DNA of 46,841 nucleotides from a virus (IMGVR_UViG_3300027533_000247:1-46841), one strand, 5' to 3'; shown: positions 27,990 through 36,615, counted from the stretch's first letter. Translations and numbers: made by a program. The notes: a model not told the origin generated them from the sequence alone.

Positions 27990-28456
27990 TCCCTACTTAA
28001 TCCCCACCGCATCCCTACTCAATGCCGACCTTACGCCGGGTGACTGAATATGGCCTAACCTATTGATTCTATTACTCTTGCGCGTAGGGATACTACTCTC
28101 CCCCCCTGTCTAATGACCTCCCCAATTTCCAATAGATTGGATTGGGGTTGTCCTCAAATGTGGACAGTGTGGTATGGTTATGTCTATATAGTATATATAA
28201 TATTATATATACATATATTATATATATTTTTTAACATATACCACAATAAGACACTAACCCCCAACTACCATAATGTCCACTCTAGAGGACACCCTAAATC
28301 CAAAACCCCGTATAACCCATGAGGCTTCTAGGGGTAGGGTAGGTAGTATGGTGTCTCCCAAATCCTTTGTTCACATAGGGTTAACCCCGTTTGGGTCACC
28401 CGGCATGAGGTAGGGGTTAAGTAGGGATTAACCTGGGATTAAGTAGGGATTCGGAC
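27980..28456. other. Putative replication origin: large imperfect palindrome with an AT-rich core and iteron-like repeats
   Basis: Mirror pairs 27988-28004/28435-28451, 28035-28044/28395-28404 and 28160-28166/28274-28280 share an axis near 28220; near-pure A/T core at about 28185-28236. Confidence 0.7.
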
Positions 28457-28698
28457 GAAGTCTCAAAAATAATCCCTACAAATTCCATAATAACTACCTA
28501 AATTTAGTTAATGAAGTCTGATTTTCTGGATTGACCATCATGTAGCCAATCTAAAATGTCTTGTCCAGAAGGTTGGCCACGAAGAATATTGATAATTTCA
28601 CCTTCATATAACATGAAAGTAAATACAATACCTTCAATTAATTGAATTTTAATTGTTCTCATTTTTTCTCCTTTATTGGTTTACTAAGCACTTAATTA

Positions 28699-28749
28699 GA
28701 TACATAGGGTAGTTTATAATCAATTATGATGTTTTCTACCCTATGTATC
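28699..28749 (-). terminator. 14-bp inverted repeat (terminator or processing stem)
   Basis: GATACATAGGGTAG / CTACCCTATGTATC downstream of 28772..29272. Confidence 0.65.
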
Positions 28750-28771
28750 GTATTAAACGCTTACTACACTC

Positions 28772-29272
28772 TTATCCGTTGGACTGACTAAGAATCGCCT
28801 CAACTTGAGCACGAGCCATAGCTTCAGTAATGCGCCCTTCACCTGCGCGCATGAAATCACGCACAAGACGTTCCTTAATATCTGCGACAGGAACAGTGGA
28901 ACTGAGAGGCTTATGAGCAAGCACTTCAGACTGATACGCATTACTACGCGCATCTGCCTTCAGCTTACGATTGATTAGGTCGAGAAGGGTAAGTCCCTTT
29001 TCCTCCATAATCTTATTCGCCTGCTCATCATTTTCGACGACACGGAAGGAGAATGTCTTGTCATACTTAGTGCCTGGCTTGACATCTTCCTTAATCGTAT
29101 CGGCTGGAACAGTGAAAGACAACACGTCAGAATCAACAATGTATCCTTCAGCGTCCCGAGTAACTTCTGCGTATTCCTCAACATTAACGTCGGTCATAAT
29201 ATGTAACCTATCCCTCTTTTTGAGGGTAAGTTTAACCCGACGTAAAATGTTCTTTCTAATCGTGCTATTCAT
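28772..29272 (-). CDS. Probably highly expressed early protein of unknown function (may start at MTDVNV, 29197)
   Basis: Strong RBSs, upstream consensus promoter, GC-richer codons, downstream hairpin. Confidence 0.75.
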   Translation of the reverse strand: MNSTIRKNILRRVKLTLKKRDRLHIMTDVNVEEYAEVTRDAEGYIVDSDVLSFTVPADTIKEDVKPGTKYDKTFSFRVVENDEQANKIMEEKGLTLLDLINRKLKADARSNAYQSEVLAHKPLSSTVPVADIKERLVRDFMRAGEGRITEAMARAQVEAILSQSNG

Positions 29273-29363
29273 ACCCTCCTCTTATATTGCCTATTGAATC
29301 GACCATCCCTTATTTATCCTGACTTTGGAACAGGCTACGCGGAATTGCGTAGGTTAGGTTACG

Positions 29364-29392
29364 ATTCTATTTCTAAATTTGTTCAATGTCAA
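29364..29392 (-). promoter_or_regulatory. Near-consensus sigma70 promoter
   Basis: TTGACA-17 nt-TAGAAT. Confidence 0.8.
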
Positions 29393-29546
29393 CACGATAA
29401 ACAAATGACCATAAAAGATTTCCGAATTGGATATCTTTATTGGCTTTAATCAAGACATTGAGAATAGAGGGACATTCAATTATTCCCTGTCTCATGGAAT
29501 AATGACCCTCTGTATCACTATGCAATGTTACTCTAAATTTTCTCAT
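29373..29546 (-). CDS. 57-aa hypothetical protein (not in the ORF track)
   Basis: AGGAAAGGA RBS then MRKFRVTLHSDTEGHYSMRQGIIECPSILNVLIKANKDIQFGNLLWSFVYRVDIEQI. Confidence 0.55.
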   Translation of the reverse strand: MRKFRVTLHSDTEGHYSMRQGIIECPSILNVLIKANKDIQFGNLLWSFVYRVDIEQI

Positions 29547-29699
29547 TAATTTCCTTTCCTACAGTTGACCGACACAAGGGATTGACTAACTACTAAAGTC
29601 TATAGATTTATTTCTACGAACGCGCTTAGGGACGCGCTATAGATGCTTTAGTAGTTAATGAATCCCTCGTCACACCCTATAACATAGGAAAGGATTAAT
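29545..29699 (-). ncRNA. Rod-like ~155-nt hairpin sequestering an RBS
   Basis: Stems 29552-29561/29685-29694, 29577-29583/29661-29667, 29587-29598/29646-29657 and 29599-29605/29637-29643. Confidence 0.65.
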
Positions 29700-29720
29700 T
29701 AGTTACTCAATTATTTGGGG

Positions 29721-29957
29721 TTAAAAATCTAACGCTGCTACATTTCTGCCCGGCCTACCATTTGGGGTAGTAGCAGTAAATCTTAGACTGTAATCTTCGT
29801 CGTCTACAGTCTTAAGATTAGTGTAACCTGAGTTTTCAATGTGTTTTTCTACTACCGTTTTAGCCTCTGAAGTAGTAGATACTTCCACATTGGAGATAAC
29901 ACGAAAATCAAGATTGTTGCCTAAGCTATACAACCTGAGAACCATTTTCTCATCCAT
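29721..29957 (-). CDS. Hypothetical early protein
   Basis: 78-aa ORF between structured regions. Confidence 0.6.
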   Translation of the reverse strand: MDEKMVLRLYSLGNNLDFRVISNVEVSTTSEAKTVVEKHIENSGYTNLKTVDDEDYSLRFTATTPNGRPGRNVAALDF

Positions 29958-30347
29958 CGTCGCACTCTACTTTCTGAGTGACTAATAAATCCCTTCCTAC
30001 ATTACAGGTATGGGATTCAAACTTACCTCACAACAATTTACCGGCCCCTGTGTATTTTCCCTCAGGGCCGATTGTGAGTTTCGACGGCATAGAATCAACA
30101 AGTAGGGCTAGCCTGCACCCTGTCCGGTATCCATTACTACACTAGCTGTCCGAGTGAAAATCACGGCACTGTTAGTGGTTCGTAGAATCCGTAGTTGACT
30201 ACTGTCTCATGTATGCCCAACCTGCAAGGTCTTACGATAGTCTGTAGACGTTACTTGCATTCATCTGCATACACTCCGAGCATTGATAGGCCCGTAGCCT
30301 ACCGCTTGTGGCCCGCGTATTGTGTAACTCGCTACTACCTCGCTTTC

Positions 30348-30617
30348 AAGATTGTGGATTTAACAGGATGCTCGGGTTAACTAGTTACCGCGATAATGTG
30401 ATGTTTCATCCATTGACCGCTTACCCAAGTAGTCTGCAATTTCCTCAGGAGTAGCGCGCCTAGCTGAAACTAAATTCCAACCATTTCGCCATTCCCAAGT
30501 AACCATTTCGTAAATTTCTTCGCCTGTGTAAGCTACTTTACACTTGGTTACTTCACTGCAAGTCTTACGTTCCATAGTATGTCTCATTTCTGAGCATCCT
30601 ATAAAATCCACAATCTT
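30348..30617. repeat. 26-bp inverted repeats (30348-30373 and 30592-30617) flanking a small ORF
   Basis: AAGATTGTGGATTTAACAGGATGCTC vs the reverse complement AAGATTGTGGATTTTATAGGATGCTC, 24/26 identical. Confidence 0.85.
30381..30587 (-). CDS. 68-aa hypothetical protein enclosed by the inverted repeats
   Basis: MRHTMERKTCSEV...RRATPEEIADYL; first ORF after the leftward sigma54 site. Confidence 0.5.
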   Translation of the reverse strand: MRHTMERKTCSEVTKCKVAYTGEEIYEMVTWEWRNGWNLVSARRATPEEIADYLGKRSMDETSHYRGN

Positions 30618-30667
30618 TAGTTTTCAAATTGCTGCTCCGCGCATGATGCCCGGATACAGACATACAA

Positions 30668-30684
30668 TGCATAGTGAATGCCAA
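30668..30684 (-). promoter_or_regulatory. Leftward sigma54-type promoter
   Basis: TTGGCAT-TCACT-ATGCA. Confidence 0.65.
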
Positions 30685-30743
30685 CAGGAATGAGTGAAAA
30701 CAGGCCCATTTTTGAGTTTCGCCAAACGTAAAACGCTCCCGAC

Positions 30744-30836
30744 TGACAGGTTGTGTCACCCATCGCGCTAACCCCAGTCCTATCAACAGGTTAGCCCATG
30801 ACATAATGTGTCACCATACTGACAATATGTGTCACC
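30744..30836. promoter_or_regulatory. Three TGACA-N4-GTGTCACC palindromic sites with an IHF site
   Basis: Sites at 30744-30758, 30799-30813 and 30820-30834; TATCAACAGGTTA at 30781-30793 matches WATCAANNNNTTR. Confidence 0.75.
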
Positions 30837-30952
30837 AAATAAAGCGCGCAGTTATATGACTCATACGACAATGCAAATATATGCATCTATATGACACTAA
30901 CGTATTCTATTGTGTATAGGGGGACTATACCCGTCTTTATGGGACTCCAATG

Positions 30953-30969
30953 TTGGCATGAGATTTGCA
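30953..30969 (+). promoter_or_regulatory. Rightward sigma54-type promoter (late arm)
   Basis: TTGGCAT-GAGAT-TTGCA, close to the TGGCAC-N5-TTGCW consensus. Confidence 0.75.
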
Positions 30970-31136
30970 GATTGTAATCCTATGTTTTATTCAATTTCCC
31001 CAGAAAAAAATAAAAATTCAATAGAGAATATAATATTATATCTGCATATTATATTAAATCTACTAGATAGAAAACTAAAGTCAACCCATCCACCCAAGAT
31101 GAACGAAATCAGGCCCAAATCCGCGCAAAATAGGTG

Positions 31137-31165
31137 TTGACAATCGAGTGGAGATATGAGACGAT
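31137..31165 (+). promoter_or_regulatory. Sigma70-type promoter with extended -10
   Basis: TTGACA-17 nt-GACGAT, preceded by TGn. Confidence 0.55.
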
Positions 31166-31221
31166 TCGAGCAGGGCATAGGCCCATCAAATTACGATTCA
31201 TATTATAACGGGATATAATAT

Positions 31222-31836
31222 ATGCCCCTAGGAATTGTATCAAATAGGGATTTTGAATTAGAAAGAAATAATTCTGATCCTGAAATTAGACAACACAATA
31301 ACAATAATATACCCCGCACTTCACATGAACCAGTCATAACAGGTGAAGTAATCAATAATCCCACCGTCGGTAGAACTCCTGAAGTCCCAGATATTCCAAT
31401 TAGTCTGAAAAAGATTATTGGTGAAACCCATGCAATTGAAGGATTTCAGCGTGCCAAAGAATTGGCTGATTCATTTGGGGGATTAAGCCAACCCACCTTA
31501 TCTACGCTAGGCAATGGTTCTACGTCACGAGGGACTCATAAGTCACGAGCAGGTAATGAATTAGTTGAACATATTAATAATAGAAAGACTAAGATAAGTA
31601 ATAAGGCATTAAATAAAATTAATCTTGCATTAGCCAACATGAATGAGGATAAATTTGCCGAAGCAGATTTAAAAGAGTTAAGCGCGGTGGCAAAAGATAT
31701 GGCAGTAGTTGTAGGACAAATGGCTCCTAAGGAAAAAGACGACGCGAAAGTGGAGCCAGTTCAATTTCATTTTTACGCTCCAACAGTGCGTAATGAACAG
31801 CACTATGAAGTTATAGTGGCGAAAGATAATTACTGA
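31222..31836 (+). CDS. Possible terminase small subunit / HTH protein
   Basis: First late gene; HTH-like AKELADSFGGLSQPTLS; helical core with a beta C-tail. Confidence 0.4.
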   Translation: MPLGIVSNRDFELERNNSDPEIRQHNNNNIPRTSHEPVITGEVINNPTVGRTPEVPDIPISLKKIIGETHAIEGFQRAKELADSFGGLSQPTLSTLGNGSTSRGTHKSRAGNELVEHINNRKTKISNKALNKINLALANMNEDKFAEADLKELSAVAKDMAVVVGQMAPKEKDDAKVEPVQFHFYAPTVRNEQHYEVIVAKDNY

Positions 31837-31844
31837 GACATATT

Positions 31845-32030
31845 ATGGGAATAGACTTAGTTAACCTCATAGTTTATCTCATCATATTTACAATCATAGC
31901 TATTTTAGCCTATGGAATCAGCAATAAAATTCCTGACCCAACACTTAAGGTTATTGTGCAATTAATATTACTTCTTATTTTAGTTCTAGCATTTTTAGAA
32001 AGAACTAATCTGTTAAGATTTGCTAGGTAA
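31845..32030 (+). CDS. Two-TM membrane protein
   Basis: Two hydrophobic helices separated by IPDP. Confidence 0.7.
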   Translation: MGIDLVNLIVYLIIFTIIAILAYGISNKIPDPTLKVIVQLILLLILVLAFLERTNLLRFAR

Positions 32031-32033
32031 AAT

Positions 32034-32447
32034 ATGATAACCCCATTAGCCACTGCCTCTGGCGTAGCAGTTACAGCAGCCCCACTCAAGGGAGTGGAAA
32101 TTGCAATGATGACTGCTAAAACAGTTGATGAAACTGTATCTACAGTTATATGTCCTAGCGTTGGAATAAAGAATCATACATTCAGCATTGTAGTTACAGC
32201 ATCAGTAGCGGGAACTGAATTAACTGGAAATGTTCAACTAGAAACTAATAGTGATCCTGCCGCGCTTGGGGGATGGTCTCCATTAGGCGGTGGAACTGTT
32301 GACGTGAGTTTAATTGATGTTCCTGCTAATACGACTAGGGGAATATTACAGTTAATGTTTTCGAATGTTACATTTACAGCAGTTAGAGCGCGAATCGAAA
32401 CTGTTATTGCTGGTGGGACACTATCAGCTTCTTACTTGGGTAATTAA
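32034..32447 (+). CDS. Virion structural protein (beta sandwich)
   Basis: GNVQLETNSD...W...AVRARI pattern. Confidence 0.5.
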   Translation: MITPLATASGVAVTAAPLKGVEIAMMTAKTVDETVSTVICPSVGIKNHTFSIVVTASVAGTELTGNVQLETNSDPAALGGWSPLGGGTVDVSLIDVPANTTRGILQLMFSNVTFTAVRARIETVIAGGTLSASYLGN

Positions 32448-32759
32448 ATGGAAACAGCACAAGATAGAATGCGTTTAGACCATTTTAATCAGCCTCAAAT
32501 GAGTATTGTATTGTCATACAAGTCTAGAATAAAGCGCGCAGCCGAAGAAGGTTTACTCATATTCATTAAATATGGACTAGCATTAATCCTCGCATTTTTT
32601 GCACTACAATATATGACCAGTATTATTTCTGGGGCAAGTAATGGAACTAATAGCGCATTATACCTAAATGAGTTAATCTCTAAAGGTTATCTACCTAAAG
32701 CAGTTAATGGCGTCATTCAACCAATGGGAGAACAAAATGCGACGCCTGTTACTAAGTAG
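32448..32759 (+). CDS. Membrane protein
   Basis: Central TM helix. Confidence 0.6.
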   Translation: METAQDRMRLDHFNQPQMSIVLSYKSRIKRAAEEGLLIFIKYGLALILAFFALQYMTSIISGASNGTNSALYLNELISKGYLPKAVNGVIQPMGEQNATPVTK

Positions 32760-33984
32760 TCTCATTATAGGATTGTTTGGGGCTATAGTATATAGCGCAC
32801 AAGGAACTCCATCTACACTTGTAGTAAGGACTGACGCTAATAATTATCTCCTAGTTACGTCTGTAACACAGACTAATCCTGTTACCCAGGGTGTATTTAG
32901 TTCACGCATATTACGGACTGATAGTAGTGGAAGTTTACAAGTAGTTTTAACAGGAACAGTTACACCTACATATCCTATGGCAGTGCCAGCAAGCACATGC
33001 GCGGCGCCTTCATTAGGATTGAGTGGTGGAGCAACTACAGGTATTGCTTTTACTGCTACTCCAAGTATATTGAATTGTGTTAGTGGAACTGCTAGAACTA
33101 CTTTAACTGCTACTACATTAACTAGTACAGTTGTTAATTCATTACCTTTAGGCTCTGCTACTGCTGCTGCATTGAATTTTGGTACTGCCGGAACTGGATT
33201 ATATGCTGCTACAGCAGCAGATGTATTAATTACTACATCAGGAGTTGCTAGATTACGTGTAGTAGATGTGGATGCGGTTTTAAATGCAACACAAATTTTA
33301 TCTTGGGGTAGTTCTGGTATAAATTCTCCTGATATATCTTTAAGTAGAACAGCAGCAGCACTATTAGGCTCTAATGCCTCAATGGCAATCACCCGTGGCA
33401 CAATCACAACCGATCTAAAAGTCCAAGATGACACAGTAACATGGAACAACGCAGGAGTAACATTTACTGGATGGAAGTTGAATGTTACTGATACTAATAG
33501 TGCTGCTGCAAGTTTGTTGATTGATTTACAGGTTGGTTCTGCAAGTAAATTTAATGTTACTAAGGGGGGTGCTATTACTGCTGCTGATGCAATTGCAGCG
33601 GGAACAACTTTAAGTGGAGCAAGTATATTAGTAAATGCAGCAGATAGAATTCTTTCCACTGCTAATGGATTAGTAAATTTTACTAATACAGCTATAACAT
33701 TTGGAATTCAATTTAATAACGGGGCATCAGCAGCCCCTACATTTAATAATGGAACAATTGATGCTGGTTCCAGAAACTCAGCAGGTAAAGTAGTTCTTAC
33801 AGGTGGAAATACTGGGGGAACTGTTACATTCTCAACTAATTTTACTAACGCTCCATTCTGCACAGTAACAGGAACAGCAGCTACAGATATTCCCCAAATT
33901 ACGTCTACATCAGTATCAACATTAGTTGTAGCTGGTATCACAGCTAATGGAACATTCTATTATTTGTGTATTGGTAGAATATAA
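32737..33984 (+). CDS. Thr/Gly/Ala-rich fibre-like protein with an N-terminal signal/TM segment
   Basis: MRRLLLSSLIIGLFGAIVYSA; C-terminal VTFSTNFTNAPFCTVT fibre-tip-like motif. Confidence 0.6.
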   Translation: MRRLLLSSLIIGLFGAIVYSAQGTPSTLVVRTDANNYLLVTSVTQTNPVTQGVFSSRILRTDSSGSLQVVLTGTVTPTYPMAVPASTCAAPSLGLSGGATTGIAFTATPSILNCVSGTARTTLTATTLTSTVVNSLPLGSATAAALNFGTAGTGLYAATAADVLITTSGVARLRVVDVDAVLNATQILSWGSSGINSPDISLSRTAAALLGSNASMAITRGTITTDLKVQDDTVTWNNAGVTFTGWKLNVTDTNSAAASLLIDLQVGSASKFNVTKGGAITAADAIAAGTTLSGASILVNAADRILSTANGLVNFTNTAITFGIQFNNGASAAPTFNNGTIDAGSRNSAGKVVLTGGNTGGTVTFSTNFTNAPFCTVTGTAATDIPQITSTSVSTLVVAGITANGTFYYLCIGRI

Positions 33985-34649
33985 TGATTAAGAGAGCGAT
34001 TCTAATTCTCGCGCTTTTAATTACTCCTAATATTGCATTAGGACAAGTATGCACCCCGGGTCAAGGTGGATGGGTTGTAACTACTTCTAATATTACATTT
34101 ACTGTATGTAATTCAGATGGTTCTGCTTGGCTTACTGTGGTTAGTGGGGGAGTTCTATCAGGCACAATCATATTAAGCCTTACTTCATGCCCAACAGGAT
34201 ACACTGAAGCAACCGAATTAAATGGTAAAACTCTAGTTGGAACATTAGCAGCCAATAAAGATGTAGGAACTACAGGTGGAGCAGATAATATAACTCCAGC
34301 AGGAACTAATGCAGCAATTACAGCAGGAACCCCATCAGGTACAAATAGCGCTTTAACATTTACAGGAACACCATTTACATCAGTTATTAATCATACTCAT
34401 GCAGTTACATCTGTAGGTAGCGCAGCTACAGGAGGAACAACTAATTTAACTGGTGCATCTGATACAAGTTCTACTACAGCAACAGCAGCTAATCCTGCCG
34501 GGGGAGTTTCATCCATTACTCCAGCAGGAACTATTAATATTCCAACATTTACAGGTAATGCGCTTGGAACACATAATCATACATTTACTGGGACGCAGTT
34601 TGACAACAGAAGTGCATACGTGAAAGTTATATTTTGTAGGAAAACTTAA
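33984..34649 (+). CDS. Tail-collar-like fibre protein with a signal-like N-terminus
   Basis: GTII...CPTGY...LNGK...GTTGG...HTH...HNH...VKVIFCRKT. Confidence 0.65.
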   Translation: MIKRAILILALLITPNIALGQVCTPGQGGWVVTTSNITFTVCNSDGSAWLTVVSGGVLSGTIILSLTSCPTGYTEATELNGKTLVGTLAANKDVGTTGGADNITPAGTNAAITAGTPSGTNSALTFTGTPFTSVINHTHAVTSVGSAATGGTTNLTGASDTSSTTATAANPAGGVSSITPAGTINIPTFTGNALGTHNHTFTGTQFDNRSAYVKVIFCRKT

Positions 34650-34660
34650 TCTGAATAGAT

Positions 34661-34909
34661 ATGGATTGGCTCCTATTAAGCGCGGTGTTATTACAAGGAT
34701 TAGATGCAGGTTACACTTGTCATAAATTGAATCAGGGTGGTTATCATGAGACTAATCCACTTCTTGGTAATACTTGTAAGGATATAATAATTCGTAAGAC
34801 ATTATTTTTTACACCATTAATTATTTGGAATAATAAAGCATATAAAGTTGGCCTAATTGTGGGTGGTGGAATAGGATTAAGTGTTAGCATCGCGCTTGAT
34901 AAACGCTAA
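34661..34909 (+). CDS. Small membrane protein
   Basis: LDAGYT...ETNPLL motif with hydrophobic helices. Confidence 0.6.
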   Translation: MDWLLLSAVLLQGLDAGYTCHKLNQGGYHETNPLLGNTCKDIIIRKTLFFTPLIIWNNKAYKVGLIVGGGIGLSVSIALDKR

Positions 34910-36615
34910 TGAATACGGAAACCAATAACAAAGACTTCAATCGAGTCAAAAATGAATGGAAGCCAAATCCGAAACAATCGGAATTTTTGGCCATTCCCCA
35001 TTCTATTAAGGAAGCTGCTTATTTAGGTGGCGCGGGAAGTGGAAAGTCGGACGTATTATTGATGTTCGGCATCCTCAATAGATGGCATGAAAATAGTCAG
35101 TGGAAACAAGTATTCATGCGGCGGACATTTCCCGAACTGAAGAATGAAATTTTAGGTAGGTCACGAGACATATACAGTAAGTTCGGAGCAACATTCAATA
35201 AGACGGATATGATTTGGACATTTCCCCGTATGGATCAATATGGTGCTGGAATGTCCTCTAATGCGGGGGCACAAATATTCTTGGGTCATTGTGAAACTGA
35301 AGATGACGTTCACAAATATGATTCAATGCAAATTCCTCTATTCACCCCTGATGAAATAACTTCATTTACTCGAAACATTTATTTATACATCGCATTTGAA
35401 CGTAATCGCGCTCCACAAGGAAGTGGATTACCAAGTATAACGCGCTCCGCGGGAATGCCGGGTGGTATAGGACATAACTGGGTTAAAGAAAGATTCATTA
35501 CACCCTTTAAAGAGGGTGGAAAAATTATCGTAGGTAAGGGTGGAAATAAACGTATATTTATTCATGCCACTTATCTAGACAATACAGATCATATTGACCC
35601 TACATACGGGCAAGCATTAGACGGACGACCTGAAGCAGAACGTAAAGCTAAGAAGTTTGGAGATTTCGATTCATATCTCGGAACAGTCTTTGAAGAATTT
35701 AGGGATAAACGTGCATTAGATGGGTCTGAACCAGAAAATGCATTACATGTAGTAGAGCCATTTGACATACCAGCGTTTTGGCCTAAGTATATTGTAATTG
35801 ATTGGGGATTTAGGGCTAATAATTGGGTTGGATTCTTCGCAGTTGCCCCAACTAAGAGAGTATATTTATATCGTGAATTAATTTGGACTAAAACTAAAAT
35901 TGCAGAATGGGGGCCAATAGTTAAGGATTTCATTAATAACGAGTCACCGCGCTTCGTGAAAGTATGTAAAAGCGCGGGGCAAGATAGAGGACAAGACCAT
36001 ACAATTCAACAGGAAATTGAACGAGAATTAGGTCAACCTGTCGAATTAACCCTGAATTCCCCCGGCAGCAGAATTTCAGGCAAGATGTTATTGCATGAAT
36101 ATTTACGTTGGAAGCCTAAGCCCAAGATAAACGAAAAGGATAAACCTCTATATAGTGAAGAAACTGCAATGCGCATATATAGAGTCCAAGGACAGGGCGC
36201 ATATGAATCTTATCTAAAATTGTTTGAGCCAGCAGTAGAAGAAGATAATTTACCCAAGTATCAAATATTTCTGTGTAGTGCGGAGTCTCACGATGGTCAT
36301 ATTGGCTGTTGCCCTGATGCAATTAATGCTATTAAAGTTTGTAGCTATGCAGAGAATAAGAAAGATAAAGCAGTAGAAGATGTAGCCGAATTTGAAGGCG
36401 ATGACGCATACGACGGACAGCGTTATGGAATAGATGCTGCTGAGAAATTATTTGATGAATCTGCTGATGAATTTGAGAAATTCAAACGCGTAAATAAGAT
36501 GGAAGAATTATTGAAACAGAGTGGAAATTGGACTGGATTCTATAGGACTGCTGAGCGTCTAGAACAAAAAGAAACTATAAAAATTGTAAGTGTGTTTCAT
36601 AGGGGCCGAAGATAA
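34909..36615 (+). CDS. terL: Terminase large subunit
   Basis: PNPKQ, GGAGSGKS Walker A, PDEIT Walker B, GHNWVKERF, IDWGF nuclease motif and DDAYDG.RY. Confidence 0.95.
   Translation: MNTETNNKDFNRVKNEWKPNPKQSEFLAIPHSIKEAAYLGGAGSGKSDVLLMFGILNRWHENSQWKQVFMRRTFPELKNEILGRSRDIYSKFGATFNKTDMIWTFPRMDQYGAGMSSNAGAQIFLGHCETEDDVHKYDSMQIPLFTPDEITSFTRNIYLYIAFERNRAPQGSGLPSITRSAGMPGGIGHNWVKERFITPFKEGGKIIVGKGGNKRIFIHATYLDNTDHIDPTYGQALDGRPEAERKAKKFGDFDSYLGTVFEEFRDKRALDGSEPENALHVVEPFDIPAFWPKYIVIDWGFRANNWVGFFAVAPTKRVYLYRELIWTKTKIAEWGPIVKDFINNESPRFVKVCKSAGQDRGQDHTIQQEIERELGQPVELTLNSPGSRISGKMLLHEYLRWKPKPKINEKDKPLYSEETAMRIYRVQGQGAYESYLKLFEPAVEEDNLPKYQIFLCSAESHDGHIGCCPDAINAIKVCSYAENKKDKAVEDVAEFEGDDAYDGQRYGIDAAEKLFDESADEFEKFKRVNKMEELLKQSGNWTGFYRTAERLEQKETIKIVSVFHRGRR

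Noticed and set aside
28113-28322. ORF across the AT core
   Set aside because: Low-complexity Y/I translation of the palindrome centre, on the strand opposite its neighbours.
29405-29530. Hairpins suggesting another ncRNA
   Set aside because: The region is covered by the 57-aa ORF with a strong RBS, and its G-U polarity disagrees with the transcribed strand.
30565-31178. ORFs 30565..30804, 30910..31140 and 30987..31178
   Set aside because: They overlap the promoter/enhancer hub, lack RBSs and have no protein-like features.
32844-33659. Long antisense ORFs (also 269..661, 2113..2484, 12999..13436, 22280..22675 and similar)
   Set aside because: These are shadows of well-supported genes on the opposite strand, with no RBS or motifs.
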